Of a DNA stretch of 64,000 nt, positions 10,472 through 18,946 are shown piece after piece. Source of the DNA: an uncultured Candidatus Saccharibacteria bacterium (GTDB taxonomy: Bacteria; Patescibacteriota; Minisyncoccia; Phycocordibacterales; UBA918); assembly GCA_964350735.1 (NCBI GenBank), contig CAYGKO010000001.1:310578-374577 (forward strand), given 5' to 3'. Numbering within the stretch: the first letter of the stretch is position 1; each line of letters opens with the position of its first letter. The notes under the pieces are model-generated. The model worked only from the letters and a program-made list of their open reading frames with translations. It made no database searches and was not told the origin of the DNA. The translations under genes and the position numbers were made by a program.

Positions 10472-11083
10472 CTATTTTTTACGAGACAAGAAAAGTTCCA
10501 TGAGTGTTTTGGCAGTAATTAATATGATTACACTCAGCAGCATTGGTGGTTTCAAGTAAAACAAGGGCATTGCTACACACAAAAGAAAGACCTGCATTAA
10601 AAAAATTCTTAGGATTGGGTTGCTTCCGGCTTGAAGAGGTGTGTTGTGTCGTGAAGTATTTTGTAGCTGCCATATACAGGCAAAGCTATGTTTGAAAATT
10701 AATGGCACTAATACAACTATGTTGGTTACAAAGAAAGCGGCAGTAAACATAAGGAGCTCAGCGAACGTATTTAATTGGGCACCAATATCCAATACTTGGT
10801 TAAGTAAGACTAGGTGAATAAAAGTGATGCCAAAGAACACTAATGATACAAAAATAATTTTGAGTATGTCACCTAGGATAAAAAAAGTGTATGAAATTTT
10901 TGGTGCCCAGATATTTTTAATAAGTGCAAACAGTAGGAAACAGGTAAGTAGAATAATAGTTTCAAACCAATAAATTAATATAATGTCATTGAAATTAAGA
11001 CTAGAGGTGAATATCAATACCATCAAGATCACTTCTGTTAAAAGAACGTTCCAGATTAGTATGTTTGTTTGTAAAAATTTCAT
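10472..11083 (-). CDS. DUF6498-like membrane protein
   Basis: IYWFETII, FIHLVLL, RIFLMQV, AKTLMEL pattern; hydrophobic. Confidence 0.65.
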   Translation of the reverse strand: MKFLQTNILIWNVLLTEVILMVLIFTSSLNFNDIILIYWFETIILLTCFLLFALIKNIWAPKISYTFFILGDILKIIFVSLVFFGITFIHLVLLNQVLDIGAQLNTFAELLMFTAAFFVTNIVVLVPLIFKHSFACIWQLQNTSRHNTPLQAGSNPILRIFLMQVFLLCVAMPLFYLKPPMLLSVIILITAKTLMELFLSRKK

Positions 11084-11092
11084 AGTAATAGC

Positions 11093-13273
11093 TTACTCCA
11101 TATGCAGCGCTTCGCCGGTTTGCGTCACCTTGTGGTGGATGAGGGGGAAGTCGCGCGAGAAGTTGGGGTGGGTGGCGACGAGGTCTTGGGCTTCGGTGCG
11201 GGCGGCTTCGACGAGTTTGAGGTTTTTGATCGCTTCCATCCCGAGGTCGGAGAGGCCGGACTGCTTTGCGCCATAGAGTTCGCCGCTGCCCCGGAATTGC
11301 AAATCATGCTCAGCCAGTTCGAAACCGTTTTTCGCCGTCGAGAGGGCTTTGAGGCGTTCTTTGGTTTTTTCACTCTTGCTTTCGGTCACCGCAAAACAAT
11401 ACGGTTGGTGTGTCCCACGGATCACCCGACCACGAAGCTGATGCAGCTGCGAAAGACCAAAGCGTTCAGCTCCCTCGATAATAATGTTGGTGGCATTCGG
11501 GACGTTGACGCCAACTTCTACCACAGAGGTAGCAACTAGAATGTCGAACTTGTGCTCATTGAATTCTTGCATCACTTTGTCTTTCTCGGCTGGTTTCATT
11601 TTGCCGTGCAGGACTCCGATCTCATAGTCTTGAAAAACCTCTTTTTTCAGCCGCACTGCTTCAGCTTTTACGCTCTTGAGCTGCAATGCAGTGGCTTTGT
11701 CGGGATCAGGTTCGTCAATCCGCGGACAGATGACATACGCTTGCCGACCAGTCTCGAGTTCGCTGCGGACGTGGTCGTACATTTTCTTCTGTTGCCCTGG
11801 TCCCACAATTTCAGTCTTGACTGGCTTGCGGCCAGCTGGCATTTGGTCGAGTAGAGTAATGTCGAGGTCACCATATATAGTAAGCGCCAAGGTGCGGGGG
11901 ATTGGCGTGGCGGTCATGGAGAGTAGGTGGGGCATGCGCGCGTCTTTCTTCGCCAGGGCTTTTCGCTGGTTGGTACCAAAGCGGTGCTGCTCGTCTATGA
12001 TCACGTGGGCGAGATGTTTGAATTCAACACTTTTATAGATAAGCGCGTGCGTACCGATGAGAATTGGGATTTCACCATTTTGCACCCATTTCAGCAGCTG
12101 CGCCCGGGAGATATTAGTGGGCTTGGTCGGATCCACTTTGCTGGGGAATTTTTGACAGCCCGAGCCAGTAATCAGTCCAATTTGAATCGGGAGGTGGTGA
12201 AAGTATTCAATAAAACTTTCGAAGTGTTGCTTGGCGAGGATTTCGGTCGGTGCCATGTAGGCAACTTGCAGGTTGCCCCACTCCAGATCTTTCCCGAGAC
12301 CTTCCGGTGGTCTCGAAGTAGCGACGGCGTAGGCGGTGGTCGCGGCCACCGCCGTCTTCCCAGATCCCACATCACCTTCGAGTAAGCGACTCATGGCGTG
12401 CTTGCCACCAAAGTCTTTCAAGACCGCACTGATGGCTTTGTTTTGGGCCGTAGTGAGTTTGAAAGGGAAGCGGTCGGTAAAGGCTTCGACGTGGGCTTTG
12501 GAGGTGTTGAATTGATACGTCGTCGCTACACTCACGGCCGCTCGCTCGATGGCTTTTTGTACTTGAATATAAAACACCTCTTCAAAGGCAAAACGCTTGC
12601 GAGCGCTCTCCGCGTGCTCGGCTTTTTTGGGGGAATGGATCCACACGAGAGCAGTCGATAGTACGGGTAGTTTGTATTTCTGTAAAATTGATTCCGGAAT
12701 TGGGTCGTGGAGATGTTCTAAAATCCCTTTTTCAAAACACTTGAGAGCAGTATGATAAAACCACTTGCTCGTCACCCCTTTGGTCTCCCGGTAGACCGGG
12801 TAAATGGTTTCATCTATCTCAGCATCAGTTCCTTTGAAGATCGAATCGTGGCGATCGATCGGGAGTGTGTCGAGCTTCTCAACTTCGGGGTTCGCGATGT
12901 AGAGCTTACCTTCGCTCCCGGTCACTTTCCCAACCACTTTCACATACATGCCGTCGCTGTACATCTTGGCCAGGTACGGCTGGTTGAACCACATGATCTT
13001 GATCTTGGCTGAACCATCTTCAATGTACCCCTCAGCAATCGGTCGTTTAGTCGTCCAAGCTTTGCGGCTCTTAAGTCCAGATAGTTGGCCGTATACAATC
13101 GCCTCCTGATCTTTCTGCAGGCCACCCACTGACTGCACATCAGAAATATCCTCGTACCGAGCCGGGAGGTGATACAACAGCTCTTCGACCGTAGCGATCC
13201 GCAGGCGCTTGAGCGCCTTTTGGTGGGGCGCATCAATCCGGAAATGGTCAGTGAGCAGGTCAGTTGGTTTCAT
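11093..13273 (-). CDS. recG: ATP-dependent DNA helicase RecG
   Basis: OB wedge domain, LEGDVGSGKT, IDEQHRFG, MTATPIPRTL, GLSQLHQLRGRV; likely start MKPTDLL (ORF extends to 13336). Confidence 0.97.
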   Translation of the reverse strand: MKPTDLLTDHFRIDAPHQKALKRLRIATVEELLYHLPARYEDISDVQSVGGLQKDQEAIVYGQLSGLKSRKAWTTKRPIAEGYIEDGSAKIKIMWFNQPYLAKMYSDGMYVKVVGKVTGSEGKLYIANPEVEKLDTLPIDRHDSIFKGTDAEIDETIYPVYRETKGVTSKWFYHTALKCFEKGILEHLHDPIPESILQKYKLPVLSTALVWIHSPKKAEHAESARKRFAFEEVFYIQVQKAIERAAVSVATTYQFNTSKAHVEAFTDRFPFKLTTAQNKAISAVLKDFGGKHAMSRLLEGDVGSGKTAVAATTAYAVATSRPPEGLGKDLEWGNLQVAYMAPTEILAKQHFESFIEYFHHLPIQIGLITGSGCQKFPSKVDPTKPTNISRAQLLKWVQNGEIPILIGTHALIYKSVEFKHLAHVIIDEQHRFGTNQRKALAKKDARMPHLLSMTATPIPRTLALTIYGDLDITLLDQMPAGRKPVKTEIVGPGQQKKMYDHVRSELETGRQAYVICPRIDEPDPDKATALQLKSVKAEAVRLKKEVFQDYEIGVLHGKMKPAEKDKVMQEFNEHKFDILVATSVVEVGVNVPNATNIIIEGAERFGLSQLHQLRGRVIRGTHQPYCFAVTESKSEKTKERLKALSTAKNGFELAEHDLQFRGSGELYGAKQSGLSDLGMEAIKNLKLVEAARTEAQDLVATHPNFSRDFPLIHHKVTQTGEALHME

Positions 13274-13350
13274 ATTCCCAATCTTATCAGAAATGAGGGA
13301 CATCATTGCGAAAAAATGTATAATGCAACTCGGCAAAACAGGAGACCGTC

Positions 13351-13770
13351 ATGACCATTTGGCAAAAAGCCAGAGGTCTATTGAAGGTTCTCTGGCACGA
13401 CTTTGAAATTTCCCGCTATGCTGCAATACATTCAGCACTAGGGATAGTAAATGTGGTTATAATGCTGGTATTACTCCAATACTGGGGTTGGAATCATCAT
13501 ACCGCGACGTTTGTAGGGCATGCGTTTCATGTAGTGTGTGGTTTTTATGCTGACAGATATTTCTCTTTCCGTTCTTTTGAGACAAAGACAGTCATTGGTG
13601 GCCCAAAATACGTAATTATAGAGTCACTATCATATATTTCTATTGTAGGTTCTATGTATGTCTTTTCTGATATCCTCGAACGGGACCCACTGATAGTGAG
13701 ATTTACTATCTCAATGATGCTTGCTAGCGTGATTTCGTTTGGCGCAAATAAATATTGGACATTTAAATAA
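13351..13770 (+). CDS. GtrA family membrane protein
   Basis: Four TMs, RYFSFR and SFGANKYWTFK motifs. Confidence 0.75.
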   Translation: MTIWQKARGLLKVLWHDFEISRYAAIHSALGIVNVVIMLVLLQYWGWNHHTATFVGHAFHVVCGFYADRYFSFRSFETKTVIGGPKYVIIESLSYISIVGSMYVFSDILERDPLIVRFTISMMLASVISFGANKYWTFK

Positions 13771-13787
13771 TCTTTGTCCAACACCTC

Positions 13788-13811
13788 AAAAGCCCGACAA
13801 GGGCTTTTTTT
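13788..13811 (+). terminator. Intrinsic terminator
   Basis: AAAAGCCC-GACAA-GGGCTTTTTTT. Confidence 0.7.
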
Positions 13812-13880
13812 CTGGAAGATGAAAGTGGTTGATGTATAATGCGTACCACTATACATAGCAAAATAAGTAACATCTGTACT

Positions 13881-15122
13881 ATGGCCGCACCCAAGAAAAA
13901 AGATTACGCTCGAGCGAGCGAGCGTCGTGGCGGAAGCGTTCGTAAGAGCGCTTCCGCCATGACCGAGGGAGTGAAGAGTGCAAGACGTAAGGATTATAAC
14001 AAAATCGCACTTAAGTTACACAAGAAGCTCCGGGGGAAAGTGGCCTTGCAGGTAAAGGGTAGTCTGAAGACTAAAGACGACTGGAGCACGATGTATTCTC
14101 CGGGAGTTGGAGCAGTATCATCACATCTGGCGAAGAATCCGAAAGACGCGCGGGAGTATACCAGTAAGCGTAATACCGTGGCAGTGGTGTCTGACGGGTC
14201 AGCGGTACTAGGACTCGGGAATATTGGCCCTTTGGGGGCGTTGCCAGTGATGGAAGGGAAGGCAGCGATTTTTAAAACGCAGGCTGACGTCGATGCCTGG
14301 CCGTTAGTGCTCGATACGCAAGATACTGAAGAGATCATTAAAATCGTGAAAGCGATTGCCCCTGGGTTTGGTGGAATCAACCTTGAAGATATCGGTGCAC
14401 CCAAGTGTTTTGAAATTGAAGAACGACTGAAGAAAGAATTAGATATCCCGGTCTTTCATGATGACCAACATGGCACCGCGGTAGTGGTGTTAGCGGGCCT
14501 TATCAATGCCGCTAAAGTGGTAAAGAAGAAACTACCTGAGATGCGAATAGTGATCGTCGGTGCGGGAGCAGCGGGGCGAGCGATCGCATTGATCTTGTTG
14601 CAGGCTGGAGTGAGTGATGTAGTGATGACTGATAGCAAGGGAGTGATTCATAAAGGTCGCCCCGCCCTCTCAGGCTACAAGAAAGATTTGGCCAAAGCGA
14701 CTAACCCGCGGGGAATTCAGGGTGAAGTACTTGATGCTACCAATGGTGCGGATGTAATCGTTGGTGTGTCCGGGCCAGGGACGATCTCACGACACCACAT
14801 TGAAGTGATGAGTCGTGATGCTATTGTGTTCGCGCTCGCCAATCCGGTCCCTGAGATCAACCCCGAAGACGCCAAGCGCGCCGGTGCAGCCGTGGTCGCG
14901 ACTGGTCGCTCTGACTACCCTAACCAAGTCAACAACTCCCTCGTGTTCCCAGGCATCTTCCGCGGTGCCCTCGATAAGGGAGTACGCGACATTACCGACG
15001 ACATGAAAGTCGCCGCTGCCAAGAAGCTGGCTGCTCTCGTAAAGAAACCAACCGCCGGAGAAGTGATCCCAAGTATCAGTACCAAGAATCTCGTGAAAAC
15101 GATCGCGAGTGCGATTAAGTAA
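13881..15122 (+). CDS. NAD(P)-dependent malic enzyme
   Basis: YSPGVG, AVVSDGSAVLGLGNIG, PVMEGKA, INLEDI, FHDDQHGTA, GAGAAG, ATGRSDYPNQVNN. Confidence 0.95.
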   Translation: MAAPKKKDYARASERRGGSVRKSASAMTEGVKSARRKDYNKIALKLHKKLRGKVALQVKGSLKTKDDWSTMYSPGVGAVSSHLAKNPKDAREYTSKRNTVAVVSDGSAVLGLGNIGPLGALPVMEGKAAIFKTQADVDAWPLVLDTQDTEEIIKIVKAIAPGFGGINLEDIGAPKCFEIEERLKKELDIPVFHDDQHGTAVVVLAGLINAAKVVKKKLPEMRIVIVGAGAAGRAIALILLQAGVSDVVMTDSKGVIHKGRPALSGYKKDLAKATNPRGIQGEVLDATNGADVIVGVSGPGTISRHHIEVMSRDAIVFALANPVPEINPEDAKRAGAAVVATGRSDYPNQVNNSLVFPGIFRGALDKGVRDITDDMKVAAAKKLAALVKKPTAGEVIPSISTKNLVKTIASAIK

Positions 15123-15184
15123 CTTGCACTTTATAAAATTTTATGTCTTAATACTGGCCAGCAAGATAAGCAAAGGAGAGACTA

Positions 15185-15493
15185 ATGCTAGTTGTGTCCC
15201 GAGAACTTGATACAATTGAAGATTTCTTGGCAGCCTTCATCAAGGCTCTAGATCCAGTTCATGACGCACGCCTTCACTGTGCTTTCACAGAAAAGGCGCA
15301 GACTGGAGAATTGAAGGAGTGTACAAAAGTTGATTCGTTAGAGCTGGATTCTCTCGAACAGGTGTTCATTTTCACTCATACCGAAGAGGTGTTTGGAATA
15401 ACTTTTCCAGACGATTTAACGGAATCTTTCGGTGAAAACCCAAGTCTTGGTGACTTGTATGAGCAAACGAAAAAGCTTGTTGCAATGAAGTGA
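15185..15493 (+). CDS. Acyl carrier protein-like protein
   Basis: LELDSLEQV..EEVFGITFPDD..SLGDL matches the ACP phosphopantetheine-site pattern; strong SD AAGGAG. Confidence 0.6.
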   Translation: MLVVSRELDTIEDFLAAFIKALDPVHDARLHCAFTEKAQTGELKECTKVDSLELDSLEQVFIFTHTEEVFGITFPDDLTESFGENPSLGDLYEQTKKLVAMK

Positions 15494-15734
15494 TTCCAGA
15501 TCCGGTGCGTATTCGCGCACCGGCCGCCGGGGTAATTCTTGAAAAAGAAAATCACCGGTTTTCTTTTGTCTAAATTATGATAAATAACAAATATCATAAG
15601 ATGTTTAACATCAGTCCGAGCAGATGAGCTGAGGAAGGTTCGTCCTGCCGGTCTTTTTTTATTTTAAACCAAAATAACAAAGGCCGCACATCGTGAGACA
15701 GCGGCCTTTGCCTTTCTGTCTCACCTGTGCGGCT

Positions 15735-16265
15735 TTAGACAATGGTTACTCCCATCATCTTGATTTCGGCTTCTGCGAACAGATTTTTACCATCGACCGT
15801 TCCTGTCATGGAGAAGAATGAGAAGCATCTCTGCTGCTCCAGGAACGTAACTGTAATTCTTACTTCTTCACCGTACGCAAGGCTGCGACGATAGCTGACA
15901 GGGGTTACTTCCAGGAGTGTCCCTCCAATATCTGTCGCGATTGCGATCGCTGAGATACCGATGAGGCCTGGGGTGGCAAGCGTTGCCTCCTCACCACAGT
16001 GCAGATTGAGGTCACCTCCGAGCACGCCGGAAGCCTCTGGCGACCAAAGTCCTGGAGACACCAGGTACTCCCAGTGTTTGCTAGACTCGACGCTAGTGCG
16101 CTGCAACTTTGGCCAGGTTTCTTCGACGTGGGCGGCAGCAAAAGCACGCCTCGTTTCTTCTAGAAGTTGCCCTAGAACTGGATGCGCCGCATATCTTTTC
16201 ATATATGCTTCAATGTAAGCTTTTTGAGCTTCTTGCATCGAAGTGGCGCGAATCAAATTTGTCAT
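15735..16265 (-). CDS. Hot-dog fold protein (FabZ/MaoC/thioesterase-like)
   Basis: PGLIGISAIA..VSYRRSLAYGEEVRITV..GTVDGKNLFAEAEI; SD-like AAGGGGG before MTNLIR (ORF extends to 16388). Confidence 0.55.
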   Translation of the reverse strand: MTNLIRATSMQEAQKAYIEAYMKRYAAHPVLGQLLEETRRAFAAAHVEETWPKLQRTSVESSKHWEYLVSPGLWSPEASGVLGGDLNLHCGEEATLATPGLIGISAIAIATDIGGTLLEVTPVSYRRSLAYGEEVRITVTFLEQQRCFSFFSMTGTVDGKNLFAEAEIKMMGVTIV

Positions 16266-16400
16266 TCGAACCCCCCTTAGGTTGGTGTACGATTCGGGAG
16301 TCCGAATCTGATGCATTTGTATCATGTCTGAATCAGAAAGCAATAAATTCTTTTTTATACTCTTACAATATGCTATTCTAGCTGCCACAGAGTTACAGAT

Positions 16401-16485
16401 GGAGACGTGTCAGAGTGGTCTATCGTGCTTCCTTGCTAAGGAAGTGGGGTTTACGCCCCCGGAGGTTCGAATCCTCTCGTCTCCG
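16401..16485 (+). tRNA. tRNA-Ser, anticodon GCT
   Basis: Acceptor GGAGACG/CGTCTCC, discriminator G, anticodon arm CTTCC TTGCTAA GGAAG, long variable arm, GGTTCGAATCC. Confidence 0.95.
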
Positions 16486-16488
16486 CCC

Positions 16489-16652
16489 GTATAAAATACC
16501 GCCCTCAAGGCGGTTATTTTATTGGGCGAAGACGAAGTAACAGTCCGGGGGACTGTTACGCGAGGATTCGAAAAGCTTTTGAGCTAGATTATGAGCAAAG
16601 CGAAATAATCTAGCCAAAAGGTATACTGCTCGTGTAACGAGAGAATCCTCTC
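16489..16652. repeat. tRNA 3'-associated structured repeat, copy A
   Basis: Hairpin, split antisense copy of the tRNA-Ser(GCT) 3' end, two scaffold blocks shared with 48879-49041, partial direct copy GAATCCTCTC. Confidence 0.8.
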
Positions 16653-16679
16653 TGTGCTACCCCTTCCTTTTATTCTATT

Positions 16680-16707
16680 TTGACTTCACTAATTTTACGT
16701 CTATAAT
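16680..16707 (+). promoter_or_regulatory. Sigma70-like promoter upstream of tRNA-Ser(ACT)
   Basis: TTGACT-16 nt-TATAAT. Confidence 0.6.
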
Positions 16708-16717
16708 GCATCGCACT

Positions 16718-16870
16718 GGAGAGTTGGCTGAGTGGATGAATTGAGACCTGCGTCTCAATTCATCCGGTCCCAATCAAGATTGGGAAGCACGATATGAGCG
16801 TAAGCGAATCAGTGCTAGGAGGACGACTTGTCGGACACTCAACCAACTCTCCGTCGGTACGAAGTAACAG
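16718..16870 (+). repeat. Structured leader duplicating the 5' end of tRNA-Ser(ACT)
   Basis: GGAGAGTTGGCTGAGTGG (16718-16735) equals tRNA nt 1-18; three hairpins; antisense copy CACTCAACCAACTCTCC at 16836-16852. Confidence 0.75.
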
Positions 16871-16957
16871 GGAGAGTTGGCTGAGTGGTCGAAAGCAGCA
16901 GTTTACTAAACTGCCGAGCCCTTACAGGCTCCAAGGGTTCGAATCCCTTACTCTCCG
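16871..16957 (+). tRNA. tRNA-Ser, anticodon ACT
   Basis: Acceptor GGAGAGT/ACTCTCC, discriminator G, anticodon arm GCAGT TTACTAA ACTGC, variable arm GAGCC/GGCTC, GGTTCGAATCC. Confidence 0.92.
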
Positions 16958-16997
16958 CCGTCTAGAGCTAGCACGAGACACTATCGTTCTAGCTTAA

Positions 16998-17023
16998 CAA
17001 AAGCACCTGAATGGGTGTTTTTG
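16998..17023 (+). terminator. Intrinsic terminator after tRNA-Ser(ACT)
   Basis: CAAAAGCACCT-GAAT-GGGTGTTTTTG. Confidence 0.65.
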
Positions 17024-17092
17024 TGCCTTGGGCAAATTAATCTATTTTAGAGATGTTTTATTACAAGCATTTTGATACAATATGCAGATACT

Positions 17093-17524
17093 ATGTTTTT
17101 GTTAAACAGCCTGAAAAAAAATATTCTACTGTCTCTTCTTATGGCGGTATTTTTAGGCACGCTTTTTCTGAGTCTATTTCACATGTCTGCAGACATAAAC
17201 ACTACGACTCATATGTCTGGTTGTCCGATGTTGATGGAAGGGGGCGTTGTCTGCCAGATGGATTTTAATGAACACCTTACAGTTTGGTCAGCATTATCCT
17301 TAGCTATACCTGTTCTCCTGCTCACTCTACTGTTATTGCTACCATATGCAAAAGCCTTTTCAGTGGCTTGTTCCGTTTTATTTGGGCAGTCAATCTCAGT
17401 ATGGAAATTATCTACAGCAAGTTTCTATCAAAAAAAGTCTCCAACATACATTGTTAGGCCACTGCAAGAATTGTTTTCTAGCGGAATTTTACATCCTAAA
17501 ATTTACCACCCTGTTCTAAGCTAA
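17093..17524 (+). CDS. Small membrane protein with Cys/Met/His motif and C-terminal RPLQELFSSGILHPK (paralog of 29726..30115)
   Basis: TM - CPM..CQM..EH..W - TM - conserved tail. Confidence 0.75.
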   Translation: MFLLNSLKKNILLSLLMAVFLGTLFLSLFHMSADINTTTHMSGCPMLMEGGVVCQMDFNEHLTVWSALSLAIPVLLLTLLLLLPYAKAFSVACSVLFGQSISVWKLSTASFYQKKSPTYIVRPLQELFSSGILHPKIYHPVLS

Positions 17525-17602
17525 CTAAGTCACGATTGCTGTCTAGGCTGCTATTCGTGATACACGTTAGCTTTTTTGTATTTAATCACTTAGTTAACGT
17601 AT

Positions 17603-18361
17603 ATGGAAGAAAATTATAACAAAAACCAACCTAATCAATACCTAATCCCTTTGGCAATTGTAATTGCCGGGGCCTTTGTAGCAGGGGCACTCTACTTTAG
17701 TAATAGTGGAGCTACCGCTAATGCTCCAGTGGCAATTACGGATACTAATCAGCCAGTTGCAGCTGTTCCCGAACCAACTGGTTCAACCGACGCTGTTCGG
17801 CCAGTGACCAGCGAAGATCACATTAAAGGAAATCCCAATGCACCAATTAAAATCGTTGAATATTCAGACTTTGAGTGTCCATTCTGTAAGCGATTTCACG
17901 ACACTATGAACGAAGTGATGGATAAGTACGGGGATTCAGGCGAAGTTGCTTGGGTGTTTAGGCAATTCCCATTAGAACAATTACATCCAGTGAAAGCTCA
18001 ACGTGCCGCAGTTGCCACTGAGTGTGCCGCAGAGCAAGGAGGAAATGATGCTTTTTGGGCTATAGCCGACGGTTATTTTGCTGACCCTTCAACCGGGAAT
18101 AATCGAACGAACCAAGACGTGTTAATTCCGGAATTAGCAGCTGCAGCTGGATTGGATGCAGATCGTTTCAACGAATGTCTGGAGAGTGGAAAGTATGATG
18201 AGCATATACAAGCTGATATAGCGAACGCAGTTGAAACTGGCGGTCGAGGGACCCCATGGAGCGTCATGATTGGTCCAGATGGCAAAACTTATCCAATCAA
18301 TGGTGCCCAGCCACTGGCAGCAATTGAACAGTTAATTTCAATTGCTACGGATAATCAATAA
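17603..18361 (+). CDS. DsbA/BdbD-like thioredoxin-fold protein
   Basis: GNPNAPIKIVEYSDFECPFCKRFH, GTP cis-Pro loop, N-terminal TM. Confidence 0.93.
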   Translation: MEENYNKNQPNQYLIPLAIVIAGAFVAGALYFSNSGATANAPVAITDTNQPVAAVPEPTGSTDAVRPVTSEDHIKGNPNAPIKIVEYSDFECPFCKRFHDTMNEVMDKYGDSGEVAWVFRQFPLEQLHPVKAQRAAVATECAAEQGGNDAFWAIADGYFADPSTGNNRTNQDVLIPELAAAAGLDADRFNECLESGKYDEHIQADIANAVETGGRGTPWSVMIGPDGKTYPINGAQPLAAIEQLISIATDNQ

Positions 18362-18366
18362 CTACC

Positions 18367-18915
18367 ATGTACCGCAACGCACTTCAGTTAGTTTTTGTTC
18401 GTCCATTATACTGCTTGCTATTTCTAGCTGTAAGTTTTGTTGTTTTGTCGATTGCAATTCTATTGCCACACATTGGACTGATAAAAACTCTATGGCAGTA
18501 CGAATCTGTGACTGTAATTGAAATTGGACTACTTGTATTGAATCTCTATGGTTCACTCGGAACCAACTTCACTGTTCTCTCAGCCACATACACGGTACTC
18601 ATTGCGGTCTTGTTTGGTTTGCAAATAACCCTACTTACGCACTACATCAGAAGTGTGCGAAGCAAAGCAACCAACCTAGCAAACGTCGGGGCTAGCGGTA
18701 TTGGCGGACTCGTCAGTGGCTTTTTCGGCATTGGTTGTGCTGCCTGCGGAACTTTCTTATTGTCATCAATTCTTGCCTTGTTTGGAGCTGGAGGTGTACT
18801 GGCATGGTTGCCATTTGGCGGTGAGGAGTTCGGGTTACTTGGCGTCGGTTTATTGGTATATGCAAACCATCTCCTTATGAAGAAAATAAACGCACCACTA
18901 GTGTGTGCATCTTAA
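18367..18915 (+). CDS. Membrane protein with GCAAC (CxxC) motif
   Basis: About four TMs, GIGCAACG, terminal Cys; directly downstream of DsbA. Confidence 0.75.
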   Translation: MYRNALQLVFVRPLYCLLFLAVSFVVLSIAILLPHIGLIKTLWQYESVTVIEIGLLVLNLYGSLGTNFTVLSATYTVLIAVLFGLQITLLTHYIRSVRSKATNLANVGASGIGGLVSGFFGIGCAACGTFLLSSILALFGAGGVLAWLPFGGEEFGLLGVGLLVYANHLLMKKINAPLVCAS

Positions 18916-18946
18916 TCAACATTTATCCTTAATTAAAATATCTAAC

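Noticed and set aside
15612-15655. Hammerhead ribozyme (CAGATGAG resembles the CUGAUGA core)
   Set aside because: Core mismatch and no GAAA element or three-stem junction; better read as a terminator-like stem
16718-16852. Possible extra or intron-containing tRNA
   Set aside because: Only the first 18 nt match; no anticodon or T arm, and the intact tRNA follows
16489-16870. Possible CRISPR array among the palindromic repeats near the tRNAs
   Set aside because: No regularly spaced identical repeats with unique spacers, and no cas genes in the window
16794-16997. 67-aa ORF over tRNA-Ser(ACT), and 48843..49121 over repeat copy B
   Set aside because: They overlap structured non-coding features and look spurious
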